From: Trichinella spiralis
Lineage: Eukaryota
Assembly: GCF_000181795.1 (NCBI RefSeq)
Contig: NW_003526943.1
Coordinates: 1,979,647-2,043,646 of the forward strand
Length of the DNA stretch: 64,000 nt
Reading direction: 5' to 3'
Shown here: positions 41,701 to 53,342 of the stretch, in pieces
Numbering within the stretch: the stretch's first letter is position 1
Layout of the letters: every line of letters begins with the position of its first letter
Notes under the pieces: model-generated
What the model was told of the DNA's origin: nothing
Seen by the model: the letters and a program-made list of their open reading frames with translations, nothing else
Databases searched by the model: none
Made by a program: the position numbers and the translations under genes

Positions 41701-43428
41701 GTGTTTGTCATCCGGCCGACAGTACAGCAGAAATTTTGAAGGTAAATAAATTTTTTACTTGAAAAATCAACCAATTTTTATTTTAAAAAACACATATATA
41801 TTTATCTTTTTTGAAATTTTAATTTTTTCTTCAAGACAATCATTGCCAGAGTGATCGCCACATTTCCGCAGCAAGGTTTGTGGATGAGTTTGTCAGTGGC
41901 GACGTCGACCAATCCACAGCGACGTCAAGCTTGCAAAGAGGTTTATGAAAAAGCGATGGCACTGAACGCGCGTGTCAAACCGCTGCTCGAGGATATGACG
42001 GAATTTTTGGAATTGTTGAAAAAATTATGCTATTCCGCTGCCGGTGCAAGGCGACTTTCGCTGAGCATGAGTCAAGATTTTCCAAAATTGAATTCCTACT
42101 TTTCCAGTAAACTTTTTTTCCGGCAATATTTGAATTGGCCATGTTTGATCATACTTTATACATACAGATCGACGTGCTTCTCGACCGCCGATAATATTGC
42201 CAATGCAGTCGATGATGGATATAAATATGTCAGTGTTGAAGCTTTCGAATTCTGCCTGTTCGGATCAAAAGCCAGTTGGGACTTCATTTCCAATACAACC
42301 GGTCTATATTGCAGGCTTTGCCGATACGGTCGAGGTAGATGTGAATAGAAAAGTTGATTGATTGATTGATTGATTATTATTGTTCATTGAAATTTCTCAT
42401 TAATGTTGTTCAAGATACTGAGCTCGTTGCAAAAACCGAAGAAAATTTTGATCGTCTGCACCGACGGAAAAACATATCCGATGATGTGCAAAGCGAAAGA
42501 TGACCTGCGTCTCGACAAGCGGTTGATGGAATTCAACAATCTGGTGAACACTTGTCTGCTTAGAAATGCCGAGTCGAGAAAGCGACAGCTTCGCATCCGC
42601 ACCTACACGGTTATTCCGCTGAGCCACGACTGCGGCCTGGTGGAGTGGGTGAACAATTTGGAAGGTCTGCGTCACATATTGGGCAAATTGTACAAGGAGC
42701 TCGGCGGTTCGATGCATTCGCGCGAATTGCAGTCGGCCATGGCACGCAAGACCGACTCGTTGGGGAAAAAGTTGGAAATTTTCGAAACGGTGCTGCTGAA
42801 ACGACATCCGCCAGTGTTGAGCCGCTGGTTCGGCTACAGGTTCGCCGACCCGACCGAATGGTACCAGGCGAGGACGAACTTCGTGCGCACGGCCGCCGTG
42901 ATGAGCATGGTCGGCTATGTGCTCGGCTTGGGCGACCGCCACGGCGAAAACATACTGATCGACTCGACCACCGGCGACGTGGTTCACGTCGACTTCAACT
43001 GCTTGTTCAACAAGGGCGAAGATTTGGAATGGCCTGAACTGGTGCCGTTCCGTCTGACCCACAACATGATCGACGCCATGGGACCGCTCGGCTGCGAGGG
43101 GGCGTTCAGGAAGTGCTGCGAGCTGACCATGCAGGTGATGCGCGAACGTCGCGGCATGCTTCGGTCGGTGTTGGAGACGTTCCTCCACGACCCGCTGGTC
43201 GAGTGGACCCGCAACAGCAACAAGCCCCGGCCCACAGCCGGCGAGGACAAAGCCCGAGAACACTTGCAGAACATCGAAACTCGCCTCAAGGGTAGCGTCA
43301 AAGCCAGCTTGGACTCGGCCTACGGTCTGCCGTTGAGTGTCGAAGGGCAAGTTGCCCATTTGATCCGCCAAGCGATGGACAAAAAGCTGCTCTGTCAAAT
43401 GTACATTGGATGGGCCGCTTTCATGTGA
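32777..43428 (+). CDS. ATR: Serine/threonine-protein kinase ATR (PIKK)
   Basis: Many short exons plus large exons ~36888-38858 and ~42416-43428. Motifs LGQLGALDPGRL, SMPRLLTLWLD, SQLISRVCHP, CKAKDDLRLD, GLGDRHGENIL, VHVDFNCLF and FATC LCQMYIGWAAFM*. The start codon is approximate. Confidence 0.95.
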
Positions 43429-45238
43429 AATTCAACCTGCAACTGCAACCCACCAACAGCAGGCGAGCGAGCGAAAATTCAAATAAACTCTTCCTCTTGC
43501 TTGCTATTGCTGTTTGATTATTTATTACTTGTTCTTGTTGTTCTTGTTACTCTTCTTGTTGTTGCTTTACAAAAATTGTTGTTCTACCTTTTTCTGTGAT
43601 AAAAATTTCTATGCTTTCTATTTATTTTTTTTCTTCTTTGGTTTTGCTTTTTTTGGAACTTTTTTTTAATTTCAAAACTAATAATACTACAATGAATAAT
43701 TATTATGCATAGTTGTCCTGTGTAGAGTTGACGTGACCACGACGACCAGAAAACGGTCTGCTGCCTAATTTGTCCATACAAAGCTGATGATTGGATAATG
43801 AAAATGAATGATGTTCTTTTTTTCTGTTTTTCTAAAATTTTATCTCATATTTTCATGGCTCCACTACTATTATACCTCATTGGACTTTTTTTCCTTTGGT
43901 TACAGCTCATACGTATGTGGTAAAAATAAAAGAAAGATACCAATTAAAATCAACAACTTGTTTATTTATGTATATATAAATTGGTTTGGTTGTTTGTTCA
44001 TCTGCTATGGAAATTTGTTCTCTCCAACTCTGTCGTAACATAGCTCTGAAGCTTGCGTGAATGAAGGAGGCTTTGAAAAGCACAACATTGACAACTGAAA
44101 CGATGATCAAATGCATAGTTATTACAAATTAAATTAATTGATAATTTTAAATTGACTTTCTTTTTAAATTACAATTTTAACAACATCAATTAATTTATTT
44201 TTTTGATTCTTGATCAATTTATGCAACAGAATTTCACACAAAGCGAGCTATATATTATATATGTGTGTACAACAACGTCTGAGCGTTGACATTGCAACCA
44301 GCACGACGACGATGATGTGCTTGTTTCACGAAAATGAAAAAAAGATTTCGTGTTGTTGTTTTTCATGTTTTTGCATTTTAAAATTATAATCATTGGTGTG
44401 CTTTTCCATACTGTACAAATTGATTGATGCTGCTGACACTTTATTTTTTAATGGTTGCGAAAAGGCTGTTGTTTATACTTCAAATGTATATTTCTAAAAG
44501 CAACAATTTCTATTCACTTTTATTGTGAAGAAAATATGCTTCTGAAAAATAAGTCAATAAAATATTATTATCTCAACTCACAGAATTCACACTTGCTCAA
44601 ACAGTGGTCTGGGCGTTGATGTACACAAATTTATCTCGACAAATCAAGCGCAGCACTGAAATTTGTTTGTCCTGAAGCGGAGCTTGATTGGCCATCCATT
44701 GCTCTGTTGCTTCTTGTGCTTTGATATTTCAATTATTTTCAATCAAATCAAATCAGATCAGTCAATAATGCCGGCTAAATCACGTCGTTCAACTGAAGCA
44801 GCAATCCAAATTTGATCATCAGCAAGCAGGGTTTGTCGAGAAATTCCAATCATTTCCGGGAACGAATGAAAATTACAGCAGTTTTTTTGCACAAAAAGTA
44901 GGCACTTTGCTTGTTGCTATAAGAATTGCGTTAAGTGAACTTTGTTAGTGTCTTTTTCTTTTTTTGAACTGACAATTATCATTTAGAAGTTTTGTTTACT
45001 TTAGCGCATGACGTGTGCAGCTTGAAAGTAAAAATTTTTTACTTATATTTTTATTCTTGTTTTTTTGCATTTTCAATCTAATAACATTTTATAAAAATAT
45101 TATAAAATGTCGCTGTGTTGTCAACTATGCGTTCTAATGAAATTGGGTTATTTTTATAATACTTGATTTTCATACTGTACGGTACTTGCTGCCATCAATA
45201 TTTCTACTGTTAATTTTCAGTGTAAAGGGTGTCTTATC

Positions 45239-45677
45239 ATGGGCAAGCGTCGCAGCAAACGCAAGCCACCAGCTCGTGCAAAACTGGTACAACCGCTGAG
45301 TACTCGCTTTAATTGTCCATTTTGCAATCACCAAGACAGCTGCGAATGTAAAATGTAAGTTACCCGAAATGTTGTTTGTTGCATTCCGCTCAACAAGTTA
45401 TTAAACATCTAGAATAGGACGTCGCTGATTTATATTTTGAAAATTCTGTTCAATTTTTGTAATATTAATAAAAAAAACTTCTAGAACTTTTTACTTAAAT
45501 GTTTCCAGTTGAGATAATTTGTATTTTGAACAAATTTGTAGGGATCGCGATCGTAACATTGGGACAATAATTTGCTACGTTTGCGGTGAAACGTACCAAA
45601 CCCACATCAACTATTTGTTGGAACCGATCGACGTGTACAACGATTGGATTGACGCTTGCGAACAAGCTAACCAGTGA
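45239..45677 (+). CDS. ELOF1: Transcription elongation factor 1 homolog (Elf1)
   Basis: Exons 45239-45354 and 45542-45677: [43 protein letters not shown]. Not in the ORF track. Confidence 0.96.
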
Positions 45678-46903
45678 TGATGATGAGCCGTTTCTGATCA
45701 ACGGAAAAGCAAAACTTTGACTTTACCGTTTATTCGCTGTATTATTTATTATCGAATATAGTCGACTTGCTGGTCTTTTAAGTCGATATATGTTATTAAT
45801 ATTTTCATATGTATTTATGATAAACTGTATAAATGTTTTGTTGAAAGAATTTCGCATTAGTAAAATTGTCTCTTTGCTTGTTGCTTTGACCTAGTGCATG
45901 CACGCAAAATTTTCTGTAGAAAATGTTTTACCATGACGTGAATTACAATTGAAGACGAAAACACTATTGCTTGTCATTCACTAGCATTACTATTTGCTGA
46001 TTTTATCCATTGTAGTACTTTGAACAAAAATGGTATTATTGTCGTTGTATTCTTTTCAAAGTTGCATTTGCAACACAATTAACAATTCTGAATATATTTA
46101 CCGTAGAAGAAATTGTCCTTTTTTCTTTCTTTTCAAAGGTCATCTGCAAAAAAATTTCCAGCTTTGTCCGTGACATGGCATAATTAAGTTTGTTAATTAT
46201 GCGACAAAAAAATTATCAACTGCAAATGTGAATTGATTTGCAAAAATGCTTAACATTGGCGTATAAAATTTTGAAGAAAAAATATATTAATCGGTAATAT
46301 TTGAAAAATTGAAAAGCTGCACTACAAATACGGAATGTCAAGCTGAAATTTGTGGAAATTGCTGTGCATTTTGGCGTACTGAAGATGCTGAAGATCATGC
46401 AGTTTCAAACGTCTGCTTATTTCTTTGTTCAAAGAGAAACATTTCTCTAACAAATAAATCGGTTAAAATTATTTTCGCAGTTTCTTTTGACGACGAAAGT
46501 AAAAGTAAAAACATTGCATCATATTAGACAATATTTCCTAAGTAAGTTTTGTTCAAATATTAAGCATTTATAAATTGATTAAAAGACAATTTTCAAAATA
46601 TTTTTATTATTCTCATACATTATCTAAATATTCAAAGTCAAAGATGTCAAAATAAATATAATAATAAAACATTTATTCCAGCATCGCATAACAAACAAAC
46701 TGCATATATATGTTGTTTGTATGCATAAAGCAGACAGCAATTGATTAAATATAGTTGTAAAGTATAATGATAATATAAGCAAATAAATTATATGGAAAAC
46801 GTAAATGGAAATAAATTCTTCATTTTAATAAAAATTACTCTCAAACGTAACCCCGAGCAAAATTTTTAGGATAGCCTTGTGCCATCTCTGAAATCCATGA
46901 TTT

Positions 46904-47638
46904 TTACATTCTGTGCCTTTTGTGACGTTCTGTATTTTCAGTTGTATCTGCTGGTGGAATCATTTCCACCGTAACCAACCGATTGTCCAAAACACCTCAA
47001 GAAAACGGATATTATTAAGTGAAAAGAAAACAGTGTTAATGTGAAAAAATTCCATTTAAACAGTTGCAAATCATTTCCGAGTACCTTCATTCATTGCATA
47101 AACAGCCTTTTCAGCAGATTTTATTGAATCAAATTCAATTATCGCATAACAGATATCATTAACAAGCAAATTTCCAACAATCATTTCAATATGCAACACT
47201 TTTCCAAATTCTTGGAAAACGAAGCGTAAATCGTCTCTTAAATTGAAAAGAGATGTAATTGTTACAAACAATAAAGTGGCATTCATGTTTCCTGATCTCA
47301 GATATTTTCATAATACAAAGTATAATAATAAAACAACTCAGAAAAATTAAACGTGCTTCTAAATATTAAAACTGGACTTACTTATGCACTGCTGGAGAAA
47401 GATTAGAAACCTTGACTTTAGCTAAACTCTTTCAAAATTTAACATCTGACTTCACACCATTTTTGTTCTAATTAATCCTACCTAAACTACGGTTGCCACT
47501 TGAATTCGAACTTCGATGATGAGAGTCTGAATGCGATTGACCAGAGCTTCTGTGCTGTACTGGATTTCCATGCATTTTTTCGTACTGTGGTGCTGGACGT
47601 GAATTCCCATGTCGACGTCCCCGATGAAAATCGCTCAT
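46904..47638 (-). CDS. Small single-RRM protein (RNPS1-like RRM)
   Basis: Four exons give an S/H/R-rich N-terminus, then KVKVSNLSPAVHKDDLRFVFQEFGKV..YAIIEFDSIKSAEKAVYAMNEGVLDNRLVTVEM (RNP2/RNP1 pattern). Confidence 0.75.
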
Positions 47639-48221
47639 GTTTTCCTCGCTAAAATACGGAAATGTTAAAATCGAAACGAGCACTGCCAATCATAAACTTC
47701 TGTCACATGGCCACAGTCAACACAAGAAAAAATACTTCTAAATTATTTAAAAAAATATTAAAATTATTAAGGAAAACAAATTTATAAATACTGAAAAAGT
47801 GACACAGCGACATGATATTTACTGAACAAAATTTAGTACATTTACAGTTTCTGTTAACGCAAATCCGAACACAGCAACTGATAATGAGCACTGAACCAGC
47901 ATTTCAAATCGTTTTTTAACATGAGCTGCATCCGTTTCGCTAGCAGTTTTTTAATTAAAACTTTCTCATAACGACATAATCATTTAAAACAACAAATTTC
48001 TTTTATCATGCAGTGCACATTTATAATGGGAGTCTATAGGCAAAGCAAAGTGAGATTGTTCCCTCCATATCTCGTAGACCGACTCTCAAATCGTAATCTT
48101 CATGATGTGCAGGTATGTATTTAATTTAAAAAATATTTTTAATGTAAAATAGAAAAACAATAAATTGAAATACAGAGTTCAGAGAATATTTAAATAAAAA
48201 CCCAATACAGAAAATACAATC

Positions 48222-50078
48222 GGTTTTTGAAATTCGCGAGCTTAAAACTCGCGGATTTGACTATTGGCGGATTTTTGATGGAGTAAATAATTTTGAAACA
48301 GAGTAAATGAAAAAAGTCATTTATATTATTACATTTTGATGACAATTTACATATGGTCTCTTTCAGAAAAACGGTGAACATAAATGCTGAAGCTGATCTT
48401 AATTGTTTACCTTCCAATATCAAGCTAAGATCATACAAACAAAACCCGAAAATTGCAACATCTTATTTTTAAATTTTACTGTATGTATACTGTAGATCTG
48501 CAGGTTCAGTGTAAGGTTTTCACTCGTGAGGTTCCACTCAATAAGAGTAATGATAAACACTTACCCAACCAAGAGGCTGATTAATCACTACTAATAAGAG
48601 AAACAAAAATGAATTCAAAAAGGACTACTGTAAATGAGCGGTTGGTTTGCGGAATGTCTAACCGACCAACTAACTATTGCTTCTGCGTATATATTGTACA
48701 GCTGCTGCTGAACGTCAGCCGCAAACTATACTTATCAATGAAGAATATAAGCATAAAATCATAAAAAATACTTATCGAACAATATTATAAAAATCAGAAT
48801 CAAATATAGTAAACCGATCATATCGAGTGAACTAACAGATGTAGATTTTGTGGAGATGACTGCGTCGTCTGATGAAAAAAAAGACGCTGATGAAGATATT
48901 GCCACCGATGTAAGTGAAAAATTAACTTTCGAAAAAATTGTGAAAATCTTGCATACACTTAAGCATGCAGCAGATGATGTTTTTGGAGCGGATTCAAATA
49001 TGGTTCGCGTGATTAAGTTTAAGCGTGATTTGGAAATAACTGCGGACAGAAAATTCTCGATTAAATAAAAAAAAGGAAGAAACAACTTCTGATAACAATG
49101 TTTTTCAAAAAAAATGCGCCGGATAGTCCATCCATTTCTGGCAAGCATGCATGCAGCAACGCACTCCCCCCCTCTCCCCATTTAGACTCTTATATTGCTA
49201 AGAATTGCATTGTAGACTATTATGCGTATATTAATTGTATACTGTTGTATGTTAAAAAATAAATATATTGTAACGACTCGCTGGGTGAAGTTGGCGGATC
49301 AGTTCCGGGTTCGGGACTTCGGTCAGAACAGTCGCTCTCCAGGTTTTCTTCCGGCCCGTGTTCTTGCATCCTCGATGGCGTTTCGTCTGCACTCTTCACT
49401 TCGTCCATACTCGCAGCTTCGGTAGTAGTGTTCGCTACGGTCTCTTTGCTGTTCTATAACCCCATTGGTCCTCACCGCCCCTATATATAGGAAATCTCTC
49501 GACGCAGGGGGCACAGGGGTGGGTGGACTGAAATTTGATCCCCCTATTGTCTTGCTGACAATCCCCTGGCTCGCGGCCCTTCCATAAATCAACGGCTGAT
49601 TACGGGGGGGCTTTAATCTGCTGCCCCGACGGATCATCATCGACTGACGTGCCCTCAGCTCGATGACCGGACGCCACGCCGTACAATAGATAATTGGATA
49701 ACGACGTGTCAGGTCATGAGTGCACGACGTCAGAAGCCACCCGCGGCTGCTCCTTCCACTGTTCTGTGCCGTTGGATGTCGCCGCTGGCGACGTGCCCTC
49801 TTGACGATGGCGGCGGGGTTCAGACCCACGGCTCCTCTCCCGCGTCGGCCGGATCTGGAATAAACAATATCACCGTCAGGCGAGGGCTGTTACAATATGA
49901 TAAATACTTAGCTTGCAAATCAGTAAACGTCCCGTAACATTCCATGCAGTTTACAGGCAATTGCATAGGACTATAAGGCATCAGCGAACCGAATGAACAG
50001 GATCGCAATGTATTCGCGGAAATTGGAAATTCACCGTTTCCTCTGGAACGTACAACCCTGAATTTCAAGGGCCAACTA
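48222..50078 (+). mobile_element. Decayed Tigger/pogo-type DNA transposon, interrupted by a solo LTR
   Basis: The C-terminal transposase-like stretch ELTDVDFVEM..KQLLITMFFKK lies at 48830-49110. The right end ..CAAGGGCCAACTA is followed by TA. 49899-50078 is homologous to the reverse complement of 63119-63300. The left boundary is approximate. Confidence 0.6.
49269..49894. mobile_element. Solo LTR (626 bp) with 4-bp ATAT target-site duplication
   Basis: TGTAAC...GTTACA inverted termini, ATAT on both flanks (49265-49268 and 49895-49898), GC-rich body with a TATATATA box near 49483. Confidence 0.85.
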
Positions 50079-51508
50079 TATTTTGAACACCAGTAAAACA
50101 AAATTGTTTTAAATAATGAAGCAAGATTATTACAAAATTTTAATAATGGAAAATAATTTTTTAAATGTAAAATACTTTGAATATTTTTACAACCAATTCA
50201 TTTCTACGAAACAGTTTGCTCCTGATAATCAAGCAAGTTGTCTTTATAGAGCTCTCGGCGCAAATTTCAAATTGCTCTCACCTACAGCGAAAATACTGCG
50301 CTACTAGCTTGCGCAGAAACTGAGAAAGGAGAATATCGATTTTTCTTCTTTTCCGCTCACCTACTATCTTCTTTTTTGATCTTCACAGTTAAGAATAATT
50401 ACTGCACATGGGATGAGTTTCGTATATTTTTAGCAAGGCAGATGATTCAACGAGGTAGCAATTCATCATTCCAACAAGCAAGCTGACATAACGAAAAAGC
50501 AAAACAAAAACAGTTACATGTTGGACGTGCAGATGAAGACAAAACAGAAAACTGCTGCAAACGTTGGCAGTTGCTATCAAAGCTTGTCTTTGGTACCAGC
50601 TGCTTCTCGGTATCATTGTAACACGACGTTTTCAACTTGATCACTTCTGTTGAACAAAAATATTTATCAGCAGATATTTGCAACGAACATATCAGCAGCA
50701 CCTTTGCAGCTAATGGCCGTCAATACATTTATATGTCAAGTTTTGCATGAAAGTGACAAAGTCAAATCTTAACTTTAAAATGTTTATTTCTAAAATGACA
50801 TCAAGATAAAATAGAAGAAATCAATTCCAAACGGATAAGTATTCAATAATGCTTTGTAATGATCATGATTAATATATTATATAAAATCGCGTTTGCAATT
50901 AACAACTTCTATTAGAATTGTTTTAATAAAAATGGAACTGCACATTCATATTTTTTTCGAAAAAATTCCATAAAAATATAAAATATTGTTTATTTTGAAA
51001 TTAAAAATAATTAATTAAAATTTAAATGTTTCAATTCAAAGCAGTTGATAACTGAAAAGTAAAAAATATTAATCAGTTCAATATTGTTCATCTGCGTTAA
51101 TGTAACCATTTTGATAACATTGTTTTCAAAATCAGATGAAAAGTTTATTCTAATTGTTTTACACCTTTCGCTTTTGAAAAAAGCTTTATGCACATCTAAA
51201 GAATAACGTGATAGAAATGCAAACAGAAGAATGAATTAATTAAAAATTATTATTGCATGCCGTCAACGGTTGACACTGAAATAAATCGAATAATGCTAAA
51301 AATTCACTCTATTACTCATGTATAAAAATTAATTTAAAATTAAAGAGCATAAATAAGACTTATAGGCTTTCAATTACTCTTCCATCATCACCATCAAATA
51401 ATTCCAAATTATCATTCAGCAATTTTCAGTGCAAGTTCAATCAAAAATATGATAAATAATTATGAAAGTTTAAATAATAATTTAAAAACAACAGATTAAA
51501 TAATTGCA

Positions 51509-52893
51509 TTATGTAACAGACAAACTTGACTTTAAATCAGTTAAATTTTTCTGATCGAACGGATCCAACATCTTCACTGGTTTGGACAAATAATATTCAA
51601 TCATCTGAACGCCACAAAGTCCTTCATTGTCTGTGATAAAGGTGAAAGCAAGACCACGACGACCAAATCGACCGCAATGTCCAATACGATGAATATACTC
51701 ACCAATATCAACTTCCAAAGCCGTAGCGCGAGGAAGATCGAAATTAATAACTATGTTTACCTATGTTTTACAAAGAAATTAAAGATACAAGAAATTAATA
51801 ACAAAATTATATAATTCACTTGGATAATATCAATTCCCTTAGAGCAGAGGTTTGTAGCGATTAAAATACGGTCCTCGCCTTTGCGAAATCTTTTAATTGC
51901 ATGTGCTCTCTGTTCTAGGACCATGTCCCCTGATAATACAGCTACATGGTGGCCCTTGGCACGGATCTTAACAGCCAGCCAGTGTGCAGTACTTCGTGTC
52001 TCACAAAATATCACACACTGTCCAATAACCAATGTTCTGTAGAAATTGCAGATCGCTTCGAGCTTTTCATCATTCGTTTTACATTTGATGTAAAATTGTT
52101 CGATATTATCCAAAACAAGCCCTTCATTTTGCACAGTAATAGTGACAGGATCTTTCGCAACGTTAAGGAACAGTTTTCTCACTGCATTATTATACGTCGT
52201 TGAGAAAAGTAGACGTTGACAATCTGCTCGCAAAGTTTGAATGATGTGAATAATCTGCGACCCCAAATTAAGCATCAAATCAGCTTCGTCAAGAATGAAA
52301 GTGTTTAATTTTTTCGGATCGAAGCATTTCAACTGATGCATCCAACGTATCACCGTGCCTGAAGTTCCAACAATCACTTGATCAGTGATCTGTTGATCGT
52401 GAGGTGGGACCGTCGCATCCGTAGAACGTGCAGCCAATGCAATGGACAATGAGTTGGAATATGAACCCAACTTACAAAAAACATCGCGAACCTGAACCGC
52501 CAATTCATAAGTTGGAACCAAGCACAAACACTGGGGCCAACGGTTGTCCAATTGCAAGCGTTGCAGAACGCACAGCACAAAAGCCACCGTTTTTCCGGTG
52601 CCGGATTGACTTTGTATAGCCACATCTACCGGCGAATCGGCAAGCATGAACTGCATGCTTGTCGCTTGGATTTTCGACGGTTTGAAATAGCCGTGAGTGC
52701 ATAACTGTTTCAATATATCATAGCTTAATGGCAGATGCTCAAAATGAGCTGCCGCTTTATAAACCAGACCGTAACGACTTTCGATCTTGAACACGGAATT
52801 CGAATCGTCCACCAATGTGTCGTTGATCAATTTTCTCAAAAGTGCTATCTCCTTTTTGCTGTAAACTATCTCGCCTTCTGCATTTCGAGACAT
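51509..52893 (-). CDS. DEAD-box helicase, DDX19/DDX25 (Dbp5) family, divergent
   Basis: KPSKIQ, QSQSGTGKT, PTYELA, LDEAD and IGQCVIFC. One intron (51819-51761); exon 2 reads VNIVINFDLP..YIHRIGHCGRFGRRGLA. Confidence 0.9.
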
Positions 52894-53209
52894 CACTACA
52901 AGCAACAAATGAACCTTGTAAACACAACAATTAACATCGGTGACTGAAAACCCCCAATAGCATAAACGCACCTTATTTTGTAGTTATAGAAAAAATTCAA
53001 AATTTTATCGTTTAATATTTCTTTTACACTTTTTACAAGACAGTGTCAAAACTAATTACAGTACAGATCACACATCAAGGATACAAAATCCTGAATACGA
53101 AACAACATCTTAACAAAAAATACGAAAACAAAAAAAAATATTAAAAAAATTAGAAGTAAACAGTATAAAAAATCGTCAATAAAAATATTTTATTATTGAA
53201 ATTATTATC

Positions 53210-53342
53210 TGTAGTGGGTACAGTAAACCCAGTTGCATTACCTGATAATCTTACGTGATACTATAACATTATCTTATGATTGTACCTCATATATTGCCTG
53301 CGTTCTGTCTAATAAAACTCGGCTTTTGAGTGAATCGTTACA
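53210..53342 (+). repeat. 5' LTR
   Basis: TGTAGT...GTTACA with internal AATAAA. Confidence 0.93.

Noticed and set aside
43700..44900. Short exon-like segments on the minus strand between ATR and ELOF1
   Set aside because: Could not be joined into a coherent reading frame.
45675..45686. Four tandem TGA stops after ELOF1 (possible readthrough or Sec signal)
   Set aside because: Consistent with a simple (TGA)4 repeat; the protein already ends at the family C-terminus and no SECIS is evident.
49323..49829. 168-aa ORF inside the solo LTR
   Set aside because: GC-rich LTR sequence with no domain similarity.
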